Below, in pieces: positions 35,978 through 55,402 of a stretch of 64,000 bases of DNA; the first letter of the stretch is position 1, and every line of letters starts with the position of its first letter. Source of the DNA: Phaeosaccion multiseriatum. Taxonomy: Eukaryota > Protista > Ochrophyta, other classes. Where the stretch lies: contig OZ218960.1 of the NCBI GenBank assembly GCA_965112735.1, forward strand, positions 744,001 through 808,000, written 5' to 3'. The notes beneath the pieces are model-generated. The model was not told the DNA's origin, did no database searches, and worked only from the letters and a program-made list of their open reading frames with translations. A program made the position numbers and the translations under genes.

Positions 35978-36478
35978 ATGGTATACAGTACGCAGAGGGA
36001 GGGGGGGAAGGGCGACAAGAGAAACAGTATAACAAGCCACCCGCCGTAGACACACAGAGGAGGGAACGTACGTAAGTAAGTAAGTAAGTACGTACGTACA
36101 TACATGTGATGCAGGGATTCGTCGCTTGTAAGTAAAGCACACGAAGTAAAACGTAACGATGATAAGTACACCAAATAAAGAGTCAACTTAAAATAAAGAA
36201 AACCAATAAACCTTTGTCTGGCTGTTATAGCTGCGCATATATTACACATACAGTAATTATATATATGATATATATAAATATATATATACTTACTATATTA
36301 TATGTAGTGTGTAGGAGCGCTTCTATACGGCCGTCCGATACCGCCCTGGTGTGGTCAGCGGTGGGTGCGTGCGTCGCCCTACCCCATTCGTACGCGGTGC
36401 CTGTCACACCTCCTCCGGGGGGGCTGTTCCTCCGCCCTGTCCCGCGCCCCACCCCGCCCTCCTTGCCATTGCTGCTGC

Positions 36479-36577
36479 CCCAAACCCGAACAATTTTTAT
36501 CATTCGGTTGTCCCAAACCCGAACAAATTTGATCATTCGGTTGTCCCAAACCCGAACAAATTAAATCATTCGGTTGT
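36479..36577. repeat. 33-bp tandem repeat x3 overlapping the NAD kinase stop codon
   Basis: CCCAAACCCGAACAA-N5-ATCATTCGGTTGT at 36479, 36512 and 36545. Confidence 0.92.
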
Positions 36578-36955
36578 CATTGCGGCCCCCACCGCCGCCC
36601 TTGTTGCTAAAGGGCTGCTGCTTGACACGCACGTTAAAGCCCAGAGAACCGTCCAGACTGTCGAACCAATCGCCAGTGCTGTCGATCTTGCACACTGGGC
36701 AGGTGGGGCAGGAGGGGAAGGAGGGAGAGGAGGAGGAGGAGGAGGAGGAGGAGGAGGAGGAGGAGGAGGAGAAGGAGAAGGAGGAGAAGGAGGAGGGGGA
36801 GGAGATTGAGACCTTTCGACCTTCACATCCAGTCACCAGCACCTCGACACACAGTCTCGAGCACCTCGACACACGAGCAGACAGATGCACAAGATACACA
36901 CACAGACACACACACGCACGCACACACACACCCACACACACCCACACACACAGGC

Positions 36956-36988
<33 letters not shown>

Positions 36989-38725
36989 CACAGACAGACA
37001 GACAGACACACAGACAGACAGACAGACAGACAGACAGAAAGACAGACAGAAAGACAGACAGACAGACAGACAAGACATACCCGTGGGCACAGGATAGGCA
37101 CTTGTCTTGACGACGAGTTTGTCGCCTCTGCGGAGCATTTGCGATTGTCTCCCGTCAAAGCTCACGCGGCAGTCTGCTCGACCGTCTAAAGGCTGTGATG
37201 GGGGATAGCGGCGGGTGGAGTGGTGGATTGGTGGATTGGTGGATTGATGGATGGATTGATTGATTGGTCGGTTGGTTGGCGGGTCGTGACAGGTCAAGAG
37301 TAGAGTAGAGAGGCGGGGAGGAGGGAGGGAAGGAGGGAGGGAGGGAGGGAGGGAGGGAGGGAGAGGAATAGAAAGGCGGAGAGAGGGGGAAGCGAGAGAG
37401 AGGGGGAAGGGAGAGGAAAAGGCAGGGAGAGAGAGGAGGAGGACGAGTGAGAGAGGGCGCGAGAGAAAGAGGGCAAGAACGAGGGCGAGAACAAGAGGCA
37501 CACAAAGAGAAGTGCTTCCTATACCTCCCTCTCCCCCTCCCACTCACCACTTCGCAGCGCAGAATGACACTGTCTGGTAAGATGATGGGCCTAAAGGAGA
37601 GGCTGTGCGGGCAGATGGGCGTGAAGAGGATGGCAGGCACGGAGGGGTGCATCATGCTGCCTCCTGCTGACATACTGTAGGCCGTGCTACCTGCATTGGG
37701 GAGGAGGAGGAGGAGGAGGAGGAGGAGGGGGGGGGGGGGGGTGGTGGTAGGTGAGGGAGGTAGGGGGGAGGAGGAGGAGGAAGAGGAGGAGGAGGAGGAG
37801 GAGGAGGAGGAGGAGGAGGAGGAGGACTGGGCATGCAGCCGTGGTGGACAAGCTTATCTCCCCGCCTGTAGAGCCCTGTAGCACTGTGTCAAGCTCGTAC
37901 CTGTGGGTGTGGCTATAATGAGTCCGTCTGCCTGCACCGTGGTGAGGTGCTGATCGTCACAGAAGCACTCCAGATTGCTGTAACCACCGAGACAGGAGAG
38001 GGGAGGAGGGGGAGGAGAAGGGGTGGGTGGGAGAGGAGAGGAGTGAGTGGGAGAGGCAGCGAGGGGCAAGTGGGGACGAGGAGCGAGAGGAGAGACGACG
38101 AGAGTAGCGAGAGGGGGACTCAGCAGCTTTGAAGTTCAGTTTTAGGACACACACACGCACACACACGCACTCTCACCTGAGGTACGGGCTGTCTCCCCTC
38201 TCAATTACGATTTCGTTGAGCGCTCTGAAGGCCTGAGATACCGCCCCGTCGGGGGACTGGATGCGAGCAGTCAGGCGCATACGGAGGCTCACCTGTTGGT
38301 GATACGGTCGTTGGTTCGTTGGAGGGGGGGGAGGGGGGAGGGGAGGGAGAGAGGAAGGGAGAGAGAAAGAGAGAAGAGAGAGAGGGAGAGGGTGTGGGAG
38401 GGGGAAAGGGAGAGGGGAGAGGGGAGAGGGGAGAGGGGGGGGGGGGGAGAAGAGAGAGAAAGGCAAGAGAGGGTAAGCTCCCTCCGCGAAAAGCGCATGC
38501 AGGGATGGAGGGATAGATGAATAAGCCAGGGAGAGCTTCTAACATCCACACATTCCCTTGCTGTCCTTCCCTCCCAATACTCTTCTCCATCTCTGGTTTG
38601 TCTCTCTCTCTACCTCCCATTTTTCAACTCCCTTTTCGCTCCATCTCCCTCCATCTCTTTTATCTATCACCGCCCCGCCCCACGCACGCACACACACACA
38701 CATACACTCACACACACACACACAC

Positions 38726-38771
<46 letters not shown>

Positions 38772-40392
38772 CCACCTTAACATCCCCTGAGATGATCCTG
38801 AGCAGCTCTGCCCTGAGATGCTGAGCCGCGAAGGGCGTGAGGAAACCCATGGAGCCCAAATTGAAGCACACGTGAGGGGGGACCTCGCTCTGAAGAGGGC
38901 GTTAAGTAAGGGGCGCGTAGAAGGTACGTAAGAGGTACGTAAGGAGGTACGTAAGGAGGTACGTAAGAGTCGCGTGAGGCGTGACACAAGGAGGTACAAA
39001 GGGAGAACAGTTGGGGGATAAGAGGGGCAAGAGACAAACAATTAAGACTTTGAAGTGGACTGCGTCCCTCCCTTCCCTCATTCCTCCTCCTCCCCTCCCA
39101 CCCTCCCTCCTCCTCCTCCTCCTCCTCCTCCTCCTCCTCCTTCCCCTTCTCCTCCCCTCTCACCCTCCTCCCCTCCCACCCTCCCTCCTCCTCCTCCTCC
39201 CCCCTCTCCACTCACATGGAAGCAGTTGTTGGCATACATGAGCGTCCCATCCCCCCCAAGTGTCAACACGAGATCGACTTTTCGCACATCCTCTGTCTGC
39301 GGAACGAAGCGCCGGAGCTTCGATGAGGAGGAGGGAGAAGAAGAAGAAGAAGAAGAAGAAGAAGAAGAAGAAGAAGAAGAGGAGGAGGAGGAGGAGGAGG
39401 AGGAGGAGAAGGAGGAGCTCCTTTGTCCGCCCTGCTGCTGCTGCTGCCCATAGGCCTTCTGCTGACCAATTGACTGCTGCTGTGTAACAAACGAGGTCCT
39501 GCTATTCATACCGCGGCCATAGGAGCGAGATAAGGGGCGCGGTGGTGACACTATTCCTGGTCGTGGTCCTGCTACACCACCACCAACTGCTGCTGTATCA
39601 CCAACTGCTGCTGTATCACCAACTGGTCCTGTATTGGGGGCCAAATCCGGTGGCAGGACAGGCGCAGGGACAGTGGCCCTACGTGAGTCTCTGTGATGAT
39701 GGTGCCGCTGCAGCAATTGGTGATCCAGGCGCTCTCGCTGCTGTTGCTGCTCGTTCTTCTCCTGCGTCATGGCCTGATCTGCGTGCCTCACAAGGGCATC
39801 TTGGGTGCGTTCGAAGGCCGCGTCTTCCACGTATACGGTCTGGGGGTGCACACACACGCACACACAGAGACATACGCACGCACCCGCATAGACACCCCAC
39901 GCACACACATAGACACAAACACACAGAGAGAAGAGAAAGACACACATGCACCCACGCACGCACACGGACACACACATACACACATACACGCAACATACAT
40001 CAACGAGCATACGTTCAGCGTCACAGAACATGCATGACAAATGAGCGGAACAAGGTGCGGCTTGGTCACAGATGGCATCTCACGGCACATTCAATTCATA
40101 TACCTCATCCTCATCCTCCTCCTCCTCCTACTCCCCGTGTGGCAGTTACAGTGCCTCCCTCCCTCCCTCCCTCCCTCCTCTTCGTCCCTTACCATGGCCA
40201 GTTCGTCTTGCAGGAAGGTGATGACCTGCGCCACAAGAGGCAGCAGCGACTCATCCGGCTTCGTCACCACGAGGATGCGGCGAGGGGGGTGGTCCCAGCT
40301 CATCATCACCTACGCACACACGCACCCACATACACACGCACACACGAACCCGCACGCACCCACACACGCACACGGACACACACACACACATA

Positions 40393-40432
<40 letters not shown>

Positions 40433-41791
40433 TAAACACACACACGACATTACGTAAGAGATGTAAGTGCCTCATGCTCTTTTGGACGAAGACATTCAAG
40501 ACGAGGACTCCCGCCTTGCTCTCATCCTCCATCACTACCTCCCACTCCCACCCACCTGCGTGGATGCCGGGGTGGTGAATGCCATGTCTGGAGCTGAGAG
40601 CACCTCACAGCCCTCATTGTCGCAGCGGAAAAGTCGATACAGGTCCTGCGAATCGAGGGCATTGAAGGCCGCCTCGTCGAGGTTGTTGCCTTCTTGCTCG
40701 TCCCCTGCCTGTGCATCATTTGAGCTAGGCCCTCCATTGGAGAGAGGAGAGGAGGAGGAGGAAGAGAGGTCCCTCCCACCGTTCTGTCCACTACGGGCGG
40801 GGGCTTTTACAAAGCCGTCGCCAGCACCGCTGCTGTAGCCCCCCCCCCCCCCTCCTCCTCCTCCTCCTCCTCCTCCTGCTTCTCCAGAGCCAGAGCCAGA
40901 GGAGGGCAGTGCGGAGAGAGCTCCCCCTCCCCCCCCTCCCGAGCTGGAGCGATAGCGGGGCCGTCCACTACGCATCCCGTGGTGCCGCTGCTGCTGCCCG
41001 CGCTGACCAAGCACAGGCCTCGCTGTACTGGCGCTGCTACTGCTGAGTTCTGCTGAAGGCCGTAGGGAACTCTCGCTCCCTCCCCTCCTGCCGCTGCTGC
41101 TGCTGCTGCTACCACTGCCGCTGCTACTACTGGTGGTCTGTTTCACCTCGGGCACTGAGCTTCCCGGATGCCGCTTGTTAGAGTACCTTCGCCCCACAGC
41201 CCAGCCATCTTCGGAAGCTGCAGACTTGGCTGCGGCCTCTCTATACCGCTTGGCCTTCTCTGCGTAACTGTCACCACCCATGACGCTGTCGCTGCCCATC
41301 CTTTTCCTGCTTCCCTCCCCTTCTCCGTCTCCTCCCCCTCCCCCTCTGCAGGAGAGAATTCCTATGCACCTCCTTGTTCTGCTTCGATTGCACCCATCCC
41401 ACATCCCCCAACCGCTTTGTATTCTCCTTGCTCTTTCTCTCTCCAGACTGCTGCTCCTGCTGCTGCTGATGCCGCTATTGCTGCTTGCCGTACTTGCTGC
41501 CACTCCTCCCCTACTGGACGAGCAACTTATGTTGGTATGGGCGCCCACGAACCCCGGGTAGGCAGCCACCGCTCTACTTCTCCTGCTACTCCATCCCCCG
41601 CTCCTTCGACTGCTTCTGCTGCAACTGCTGCTACTACTGCTGCTACTACCGCTGCTGCCGCTGCTGCCGCTACTTATGCTGCTACTGCCGCCACTCTGCG
41701 ATGCCGTGACAGAGGTTAGTGCAGCCACGCCAGAGAGCAAAGCACATACTAGTGTTCCGTACACCGCCCGACTGCTTCTGCCACTGCTACA

Positions 41792-41824
<33 letters not shown>

Positions 41825-41881
41825 GCCGCTCCTTCGCCTCCTCCTGCTACTCTTGCTTCCTCCAGCAGAGACTACCGTCAT
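36561..41881 (-). CDS. NADK: ATP-NAD kinase; exons 41881-40556, 40309-40193, 39839-39216, 38889-38776, 38292-38177, 37977-37901, 37690-37548, 37192-37081, 36694-36561
   Basis: Motifs: [83 protein letters not shown]. The introns are phase-consistent. Confidence 0.93.
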
Positions 41882-42047
41882 TTCTCCTCGACTCTTGTTG
41901 CCTGCGGCGAGCTTTAAGAAGAAGGGGGAGATACATAGCAGCCTCTACTTTCTATATAGAGGGGCTCTATTTTACTTTTCGCCGCCCTTGGGTGCTCTCC
42001 CTCTTCCATAAAGAGCTTGTCGCTTGCGACACAAGCGACGCAGCAGC
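41882..42047. promoter_or_regulatory. Putative bidirectional promoter (NADK / SCY1-like)
   Basis: 166 bp between divergent ATGs. Inferred from position. Confidence 0.5.
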
Positions 42048-49944
<7,897 letters not shown>

Positions 49945-51109
49945 ACAGTGACACTCACTTTACTCACACTCAACTCACAATGACTCTTGAGGGTGTATTG
50001 CAAGTCATGTGTCCATAGCGTTGGCTAAAGAGTTTTTGTACTTACGTAGTTACTATTTATTATTTACAGTCAGTCAAGATCCCTCGGCTGTCACTCATCT
50101 CGGTCGATGATAAGAAGGTGAGACCATCACAATACCCCAACCTCGAACCGTTCCCCGAACCTTCCTCGCCAGGGTGTTAGGCACACCTATCATTCATCCC
50201 TCCCTCTCTCTCCTCTCCTGCTCTCTCTCTCTTGTGTGTGTGTGTGTCTCCTTTTCTCTTGGCTTGGGTTGCTCTGCTGTTGCATATGACTCCATCACGT
50301 GGGTGGCGCGTGCCATCTTCCTTCCCTTTCCTGCATACAGAGGAGGAAGTGAGCAAACCCTCCCAGCCGTGCCTTCACGAACATGAGAGAGACTTGCCTT
50401 CCTTCCCTCCACAACACAGCTGCCCTTTCCCTCACTGCATCTCCAGTTACGCCTCATCTTACGCCTTACGTACGCAAGCCTGGGATCATACGTACGCCTT
50501 ATCTTACGCCTTCGTAAGCAAGCCTGTCCTCCCCCACCACCGTAAGAGCGTTTGGTGGCACCAATCAATCCACAGGTGGAGGACGAGCGGGGATCCTCGG
50601 ATCCTCTGTCCTCTGTCACACACGGCCTGTCTTTTGACCTCTTTCACCACAGGACTGCTCGCACCGAGTCAGAATGTCAAAACCAGGCAGGCTTCGATCG
50701 CTGCCAGTGATCCGAATGCGATCGAAGCCGTGTGATGCGCTGTGAGACGCCCTCGTACCACCAACTGTGCAGGCAAAAGTGCAGCCGCCAACTAACCGAT
50801 GTAGCGGTCGGTGATGATGCCCTCGTGCCAGTGAGTGAGGAAGGGTCGTGCAACTAACAACAACTTGACAGAATGGCATGCAAAGGGAATGGGGCATCAT
50901 GGGGTCTGTCCTGTGTGCACCACTTTCTTTGTGGCGTGAAGCTTCTCCTCCTCTTCCCCTCTCTGCATGCAGGCATGTGCCGTTGGACTGCTGTTGGGCT
51001 GTGCGGCTCTGGGGTTTTGCGTCGGGTGCCGCTGTTGCTGGTGCTCTGCTACTGCTGCTGCTGCTGCTACTGCTGTTACTGCTGACACAGCTGTTACTGC
51101 TGTCACAGC

Positions 51110-51140
<31 letters not shown>

Positions 51141-51194
51141 TCTGCTGCTGTTGCTTCCACTGCTGTGGGCTGTTGCTGTTGCTGTTTCTGCCTG

Positions 51195-52284
51195 CTATGC
51201 GCTCCGGTGGGAGGGGAAGAGGAGGGGCCGGAAGAGCACCAGGATGGCCAGCATCCAGAGGCAGAAACATCCCCCCAATCGGAGGCGGTCCACCTGGCTG
51301 GAGAACAGCAGTTCCATCATCGCCCCTCCTTTGCTGCCCCACTTGAATATGAATTTCCGCTGGGAAAGGGGGTGGCGGGCGGGAGAGGTGGGGAAAGGGG
51401 GGAGAGGGTGAGGGAAAGGAAGCACAGCACACCACCTCGCCCTCCCCAGAGGCAACCCAATCTTCTCTACGTCGCCTTCCTTCTTAGAGAGAGAGAAAGA
51501 GAGAGAGAGACAGTTGCCCAGTCAGTCACAGAGATGGTCCGCCACCCGACCGTCGCGTCACGGCCCTGCTGAGAGATGCGTTTGCTCTCTTGCCCCCGTC
51601 GCTTGTTCGCTCACACACACACACACACACACATGTACACCCATACACACACACATGCACATGTACACACACATGCACGCACACACACATACACACACAC
51701 ATGCACACCCATACACACACACATGCACACACACATACATACATAGACACACATCCACGCACAAACACACACACACACACACACACACATGCACGCACAC
51801 AAACCCACACCCACCCACCCACACACGCAACCCTTGCCAGCAGCCCCCCAAGCAGCAGCCCCCCAAGCGGACTAGCATGGCTAGGGGCTTAATATATATA
51901 TATATATATATTATATTATATATATATATAAATTATATATATCTCACCTGCTGCACACCCCCCTCTATGTCGAGGCCGGTGAGGCGATTCACAGCCGCCT
52001 CTGCGCAGTCCTCCAGCCGAATGCCCCCCAGGCTGATGCCCATCTGAACGAGGGGGGGGGAGGAGGGCACGGAAGGAGACAGTATCGCATGTGGACATTA
52101 GTAGGTAGGAGGGACAGCATATGTGTAAGTACTGGGTGTCGGGATTTAGGGCGAGAGGAGGACGGGATTGATGGTTCGCAGGTAGGACGCACCTGAGCTT
52201 TGGCTTGCCTCTCCACGTCGTCCAGTATCTCCAGGCCGCCCAGCTCCTGCACAAACGCACATACACACGCACACATGCACACAT

Positions 52285-52320
<36 letters not shown>

Positions 52321-54016
52321 CACACACACACATACACACACATACACACACGCAAAGGTCCAAGGCAAGGCGAAACAAGCACGAGGCAGGTTGGACCGGG
52401 TCAGGGTCAGCGTCAGGGTCACAGTCAGAGGGGTCAGTCGGACACACCCACGCACGCACACACGCATGCACACTCACCCCTGACACGCGCAAACAAAATC
52501 TTCCCTTCTTTTGATATTTATTTGAGACGTAAGACCACTTGTACACACACACACCGCACCTTTATTCTTCCTGCCAGCACGGGATGGGCCGACGCATTGG
52601 CGAGGGCGGCGGTTGCGTAGCATCTTAGAAGCTTATCAGCCTTTGTGGTGAGGAAGTCTAAAAGACACTCGACGCCGTCGCAAAACAACTCGATGAAGGC
52701 CTGATGACACGAGAAAGAGAGAGACAGGGATGGAGGGAGGGAGGGAGGAGGTAAGAAGGAAGGGAGAGAAAGACAACTTCCTTCGGAGACAGATTTGAGA
52801 ATGGTGAACCACAGAAGACAACATTCTACTCTCCGCCCTCCCTTCCTCCCTCCCTCCCTCCCTCCCATTCCTCACGGACCTCATCCGTTAAAAACAAAGT
52901 GTCTGAGAAGGAAAGTAGGTTGGCCGCGGTGGCGGTGGACAGCAGCTGAAGCTCGTTATCCTGGGTGTCGAGAAGGTCCACCAGCGGCTCCACTAATCCC
53001 GCACGCACGCACGCCTGTGCTGTGGCTCCCTCCGCAGAGAGCGTCTGGAGAGCGGCGAGGAGCTCCCGTAGACAAGGCATTTCGCCCTCCCACTGCTGGA
53101 GGGCATCCACCAACACCAGAGGAATATTCGTGGGGGCCGCCTGTGGTGTGAGCAGAGGCGAGGAAGGGGAGGAGGAGGGAGGGGTGTGGGGGGAGGGGAG
53201 GAGGAGGAGGGTGAGGAGGAGGAGGAGGAGGAGGAGGAGGAGGAGGAATAGGAGGACAAACAGGTCCACGGAGGGGGGGGGGGAGAGAGGGAGAGAATCA
53301 GATTCAATTTTTAGCCCCTCCTTTCTTCACTACTCCTGCCGGCACTAACCAAAGGCCTGAGCTCATCATCCAGCATGAGCATCTTGACACCCCTCGCGGC
53401 GTAGGTCGCCACAGTGCGGTCATCGCTGGGCACGAGGTGGCACAACACGTGGGCCAGCGGACCGAAGCTCACCGGGGAGAAGGAGCTCTGTTCTCGTCAT
53501 GAAGACAGGGATAGGCAAGGGCCGCAGCAGCAGCGGGACGCATTAGTACAGAGTTAATGACAAGGCAAGGAAGCGAATGAGGTGACGATGGATACGCACA
53601 AACCATTGCCATGTTTTCCCATAGCAATCTCAGCATGCACTCTCCGCAGTTTAAGCCACAATCAAGGGCGAGCCGTCCTCCTCTCTGCGTAGTAATCACC
53701 TTTTCGACGAGTTTGCTGATCTCTACGGCGGCGTCCTTCTGGTCTGCCACAGAGTGGCTGTGCGCTAGGCGAATGACCCTTTGCAGAGCGTTGATGCCTG
53801 CCGGCGGGTGTAGGGAGGAGGAGGGAACAAAAAGAGAGGGGCGGGGAGCGGAGGAAGGAGAGGGAATGAGTCGCAAGCGAAGTGACTTCGGACAGAAGAA
53901 TCAGCAACAAGCGAGAGAGGGTAAGAGAGAGAGGATCGAGAGAGTGAAGCTCGCTCCGCGACTCCGCCAAACTGCTACTTCACACCTGAGCTTTCCTCTT
54001 CCCCAGCCCCATTCAT
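51195..54016 (-). CDS. Armadillo-repeat protein with C-terminal transmembrane segment; exons 54016-53986, 53797-53700, 53487-53350, 53140-52880, 52700-52560, 52246-52193, 52043-51948, (51566-51531?), 51359-51195
   Basis: ARM-like units [13 protein letters not shown]...TAANLL and [10 protein letters not shown]...[10 protein letters not shown]. The GT-AG introns are phase-consistent, and the protein ends in hydrophobic [13 protein letters not shown]. Confidence 0.7.
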
Positions 54017-54483
54017 GCCAGTACTAAGAGCAGCAGCAGCAGCAGTAGCAGAAGTAGTAAACTGAAGCAGCAAGAGGGGGCAAGAGGGGGCAAGAGGGGT
54101 GTCGCTTCTTTGCTTCTTGGCTTGATTTTTTGCCCTCTGGTGCCATCGGCGTCCCTCCTTCCCTCCTTCTCGTGATTGGGGGTGTGAAAGTGGGCTTTCC
54201 ATCCATCGATGACGACTTGACCTGGCACGGGCTACCTGCTACCGCGGTGCCAGCTGGCATGCTACCTGCTACCGGCCGGTTGCCAGTAGGATGCTACCGA
54301 GCATGCGTCGGTAGCACTTCAGGGGTCGATTTCGAGGATTCGAGGAAACCATTCCAGCTCATCTCGATGTGCTAAAATGCACATGTGTGTGGTCATCATG
54401 AATCGTTACAAGAGCTGAGGCGGCGAGATCGTCGCTGAGGTACGAGCAAGGAGGAAAAGGAGGGAGAGCGCTGTGGGGGGCAC

Positions 54484-54549
<66 letters not shown>

Positions 54550-54654
54550 TGCGTGTGTGCGCGTACGCGGCGACAGAAACCACCATGCATTACCCGAGAG
54601 CGACTCTACTATTCTACCATAGCTTGCTTGTCCGCCGCCCCCGCGCCGTGGCGG

Positions 54655-55364
54655 CTACTTCTTCTTCTTCCCTTTCTTGCCCTTCTTGTTCTTCTTCTCC
54701 TCCTCGGCCTTCCGCTCTGCCTCTGCTCTCTCCTCCTCCAATCGCTTCTTCTCCTCCTCCACCTGCACCTGTGCCTGGAATGCGTCCATCACCTGATGGA
54801 TCGTCAAGCGTGTAACGGTAGTGAACGGAAGGATTGGTAACGATGGTGAATGGAAGGATGGCAGGAGAAGGAGAAGGCGATGACGAAAGGAAGGATCGGT
54901 GGCGCGAGAAGAAGCCGCTGACAATACGTCCGAGAGTCGGAAGCAAGTACGTCATCAGTAAAGTAGTCTATCTCTTGCCCCTCCCGACCCTCTTCACCCA
55001 ACACCCTCCCAGTCCCTCCCTCCCAGTCCCTCCCTCCCTCCCTCCCTCCCTCCCTCCCTCCCTCCCTCCCTCCCTCCCGCCCTTCCTCCCTTCCGACCGT
55101 CCTCCAGCCAAACGCGCACCCCCCCCCCCCCCCCCTATACACACACACGCCACTCACGTCCATCCTCCTCGCCTCTGCCCGCATGACCCTTTGATCTTGG
55201 AGCCAAGCCTGTAGCTCTCTCTCCTTCTTGATCTCGTTGAACAGCTGCCTCTCTCGCCCGTCAATCTCGTCCTGTGCGGCCTGCTCCGCGCGCGACACCT
55301 CAAGACGTTGCTTGTATCTACGGTAGTTGGTGGTACACGCCGCAGTAGCAGCAGCAGCAGCAGC

Positions 55365-55402
<38 letters not shown>

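Noticed and set aside
35290-36249. Long ORFs across the 126-bp repeat as genes; tRNA/SINE, hammerhead or Helitron-end interpretation
   Set aside because: The frames are open because the period is a multiple of 3. There are no convincing A/B boxes or hammerhead core, and the CTAG at 35456 lacks a strong hairpin and the expected flanking T.
50873-51190. Ala/Leu-rich ORFs between the SCYL and ARM genes
   Set aside because: They derive from a (CTG)n tract behind the ARM gene stop and have no domain or splice support.
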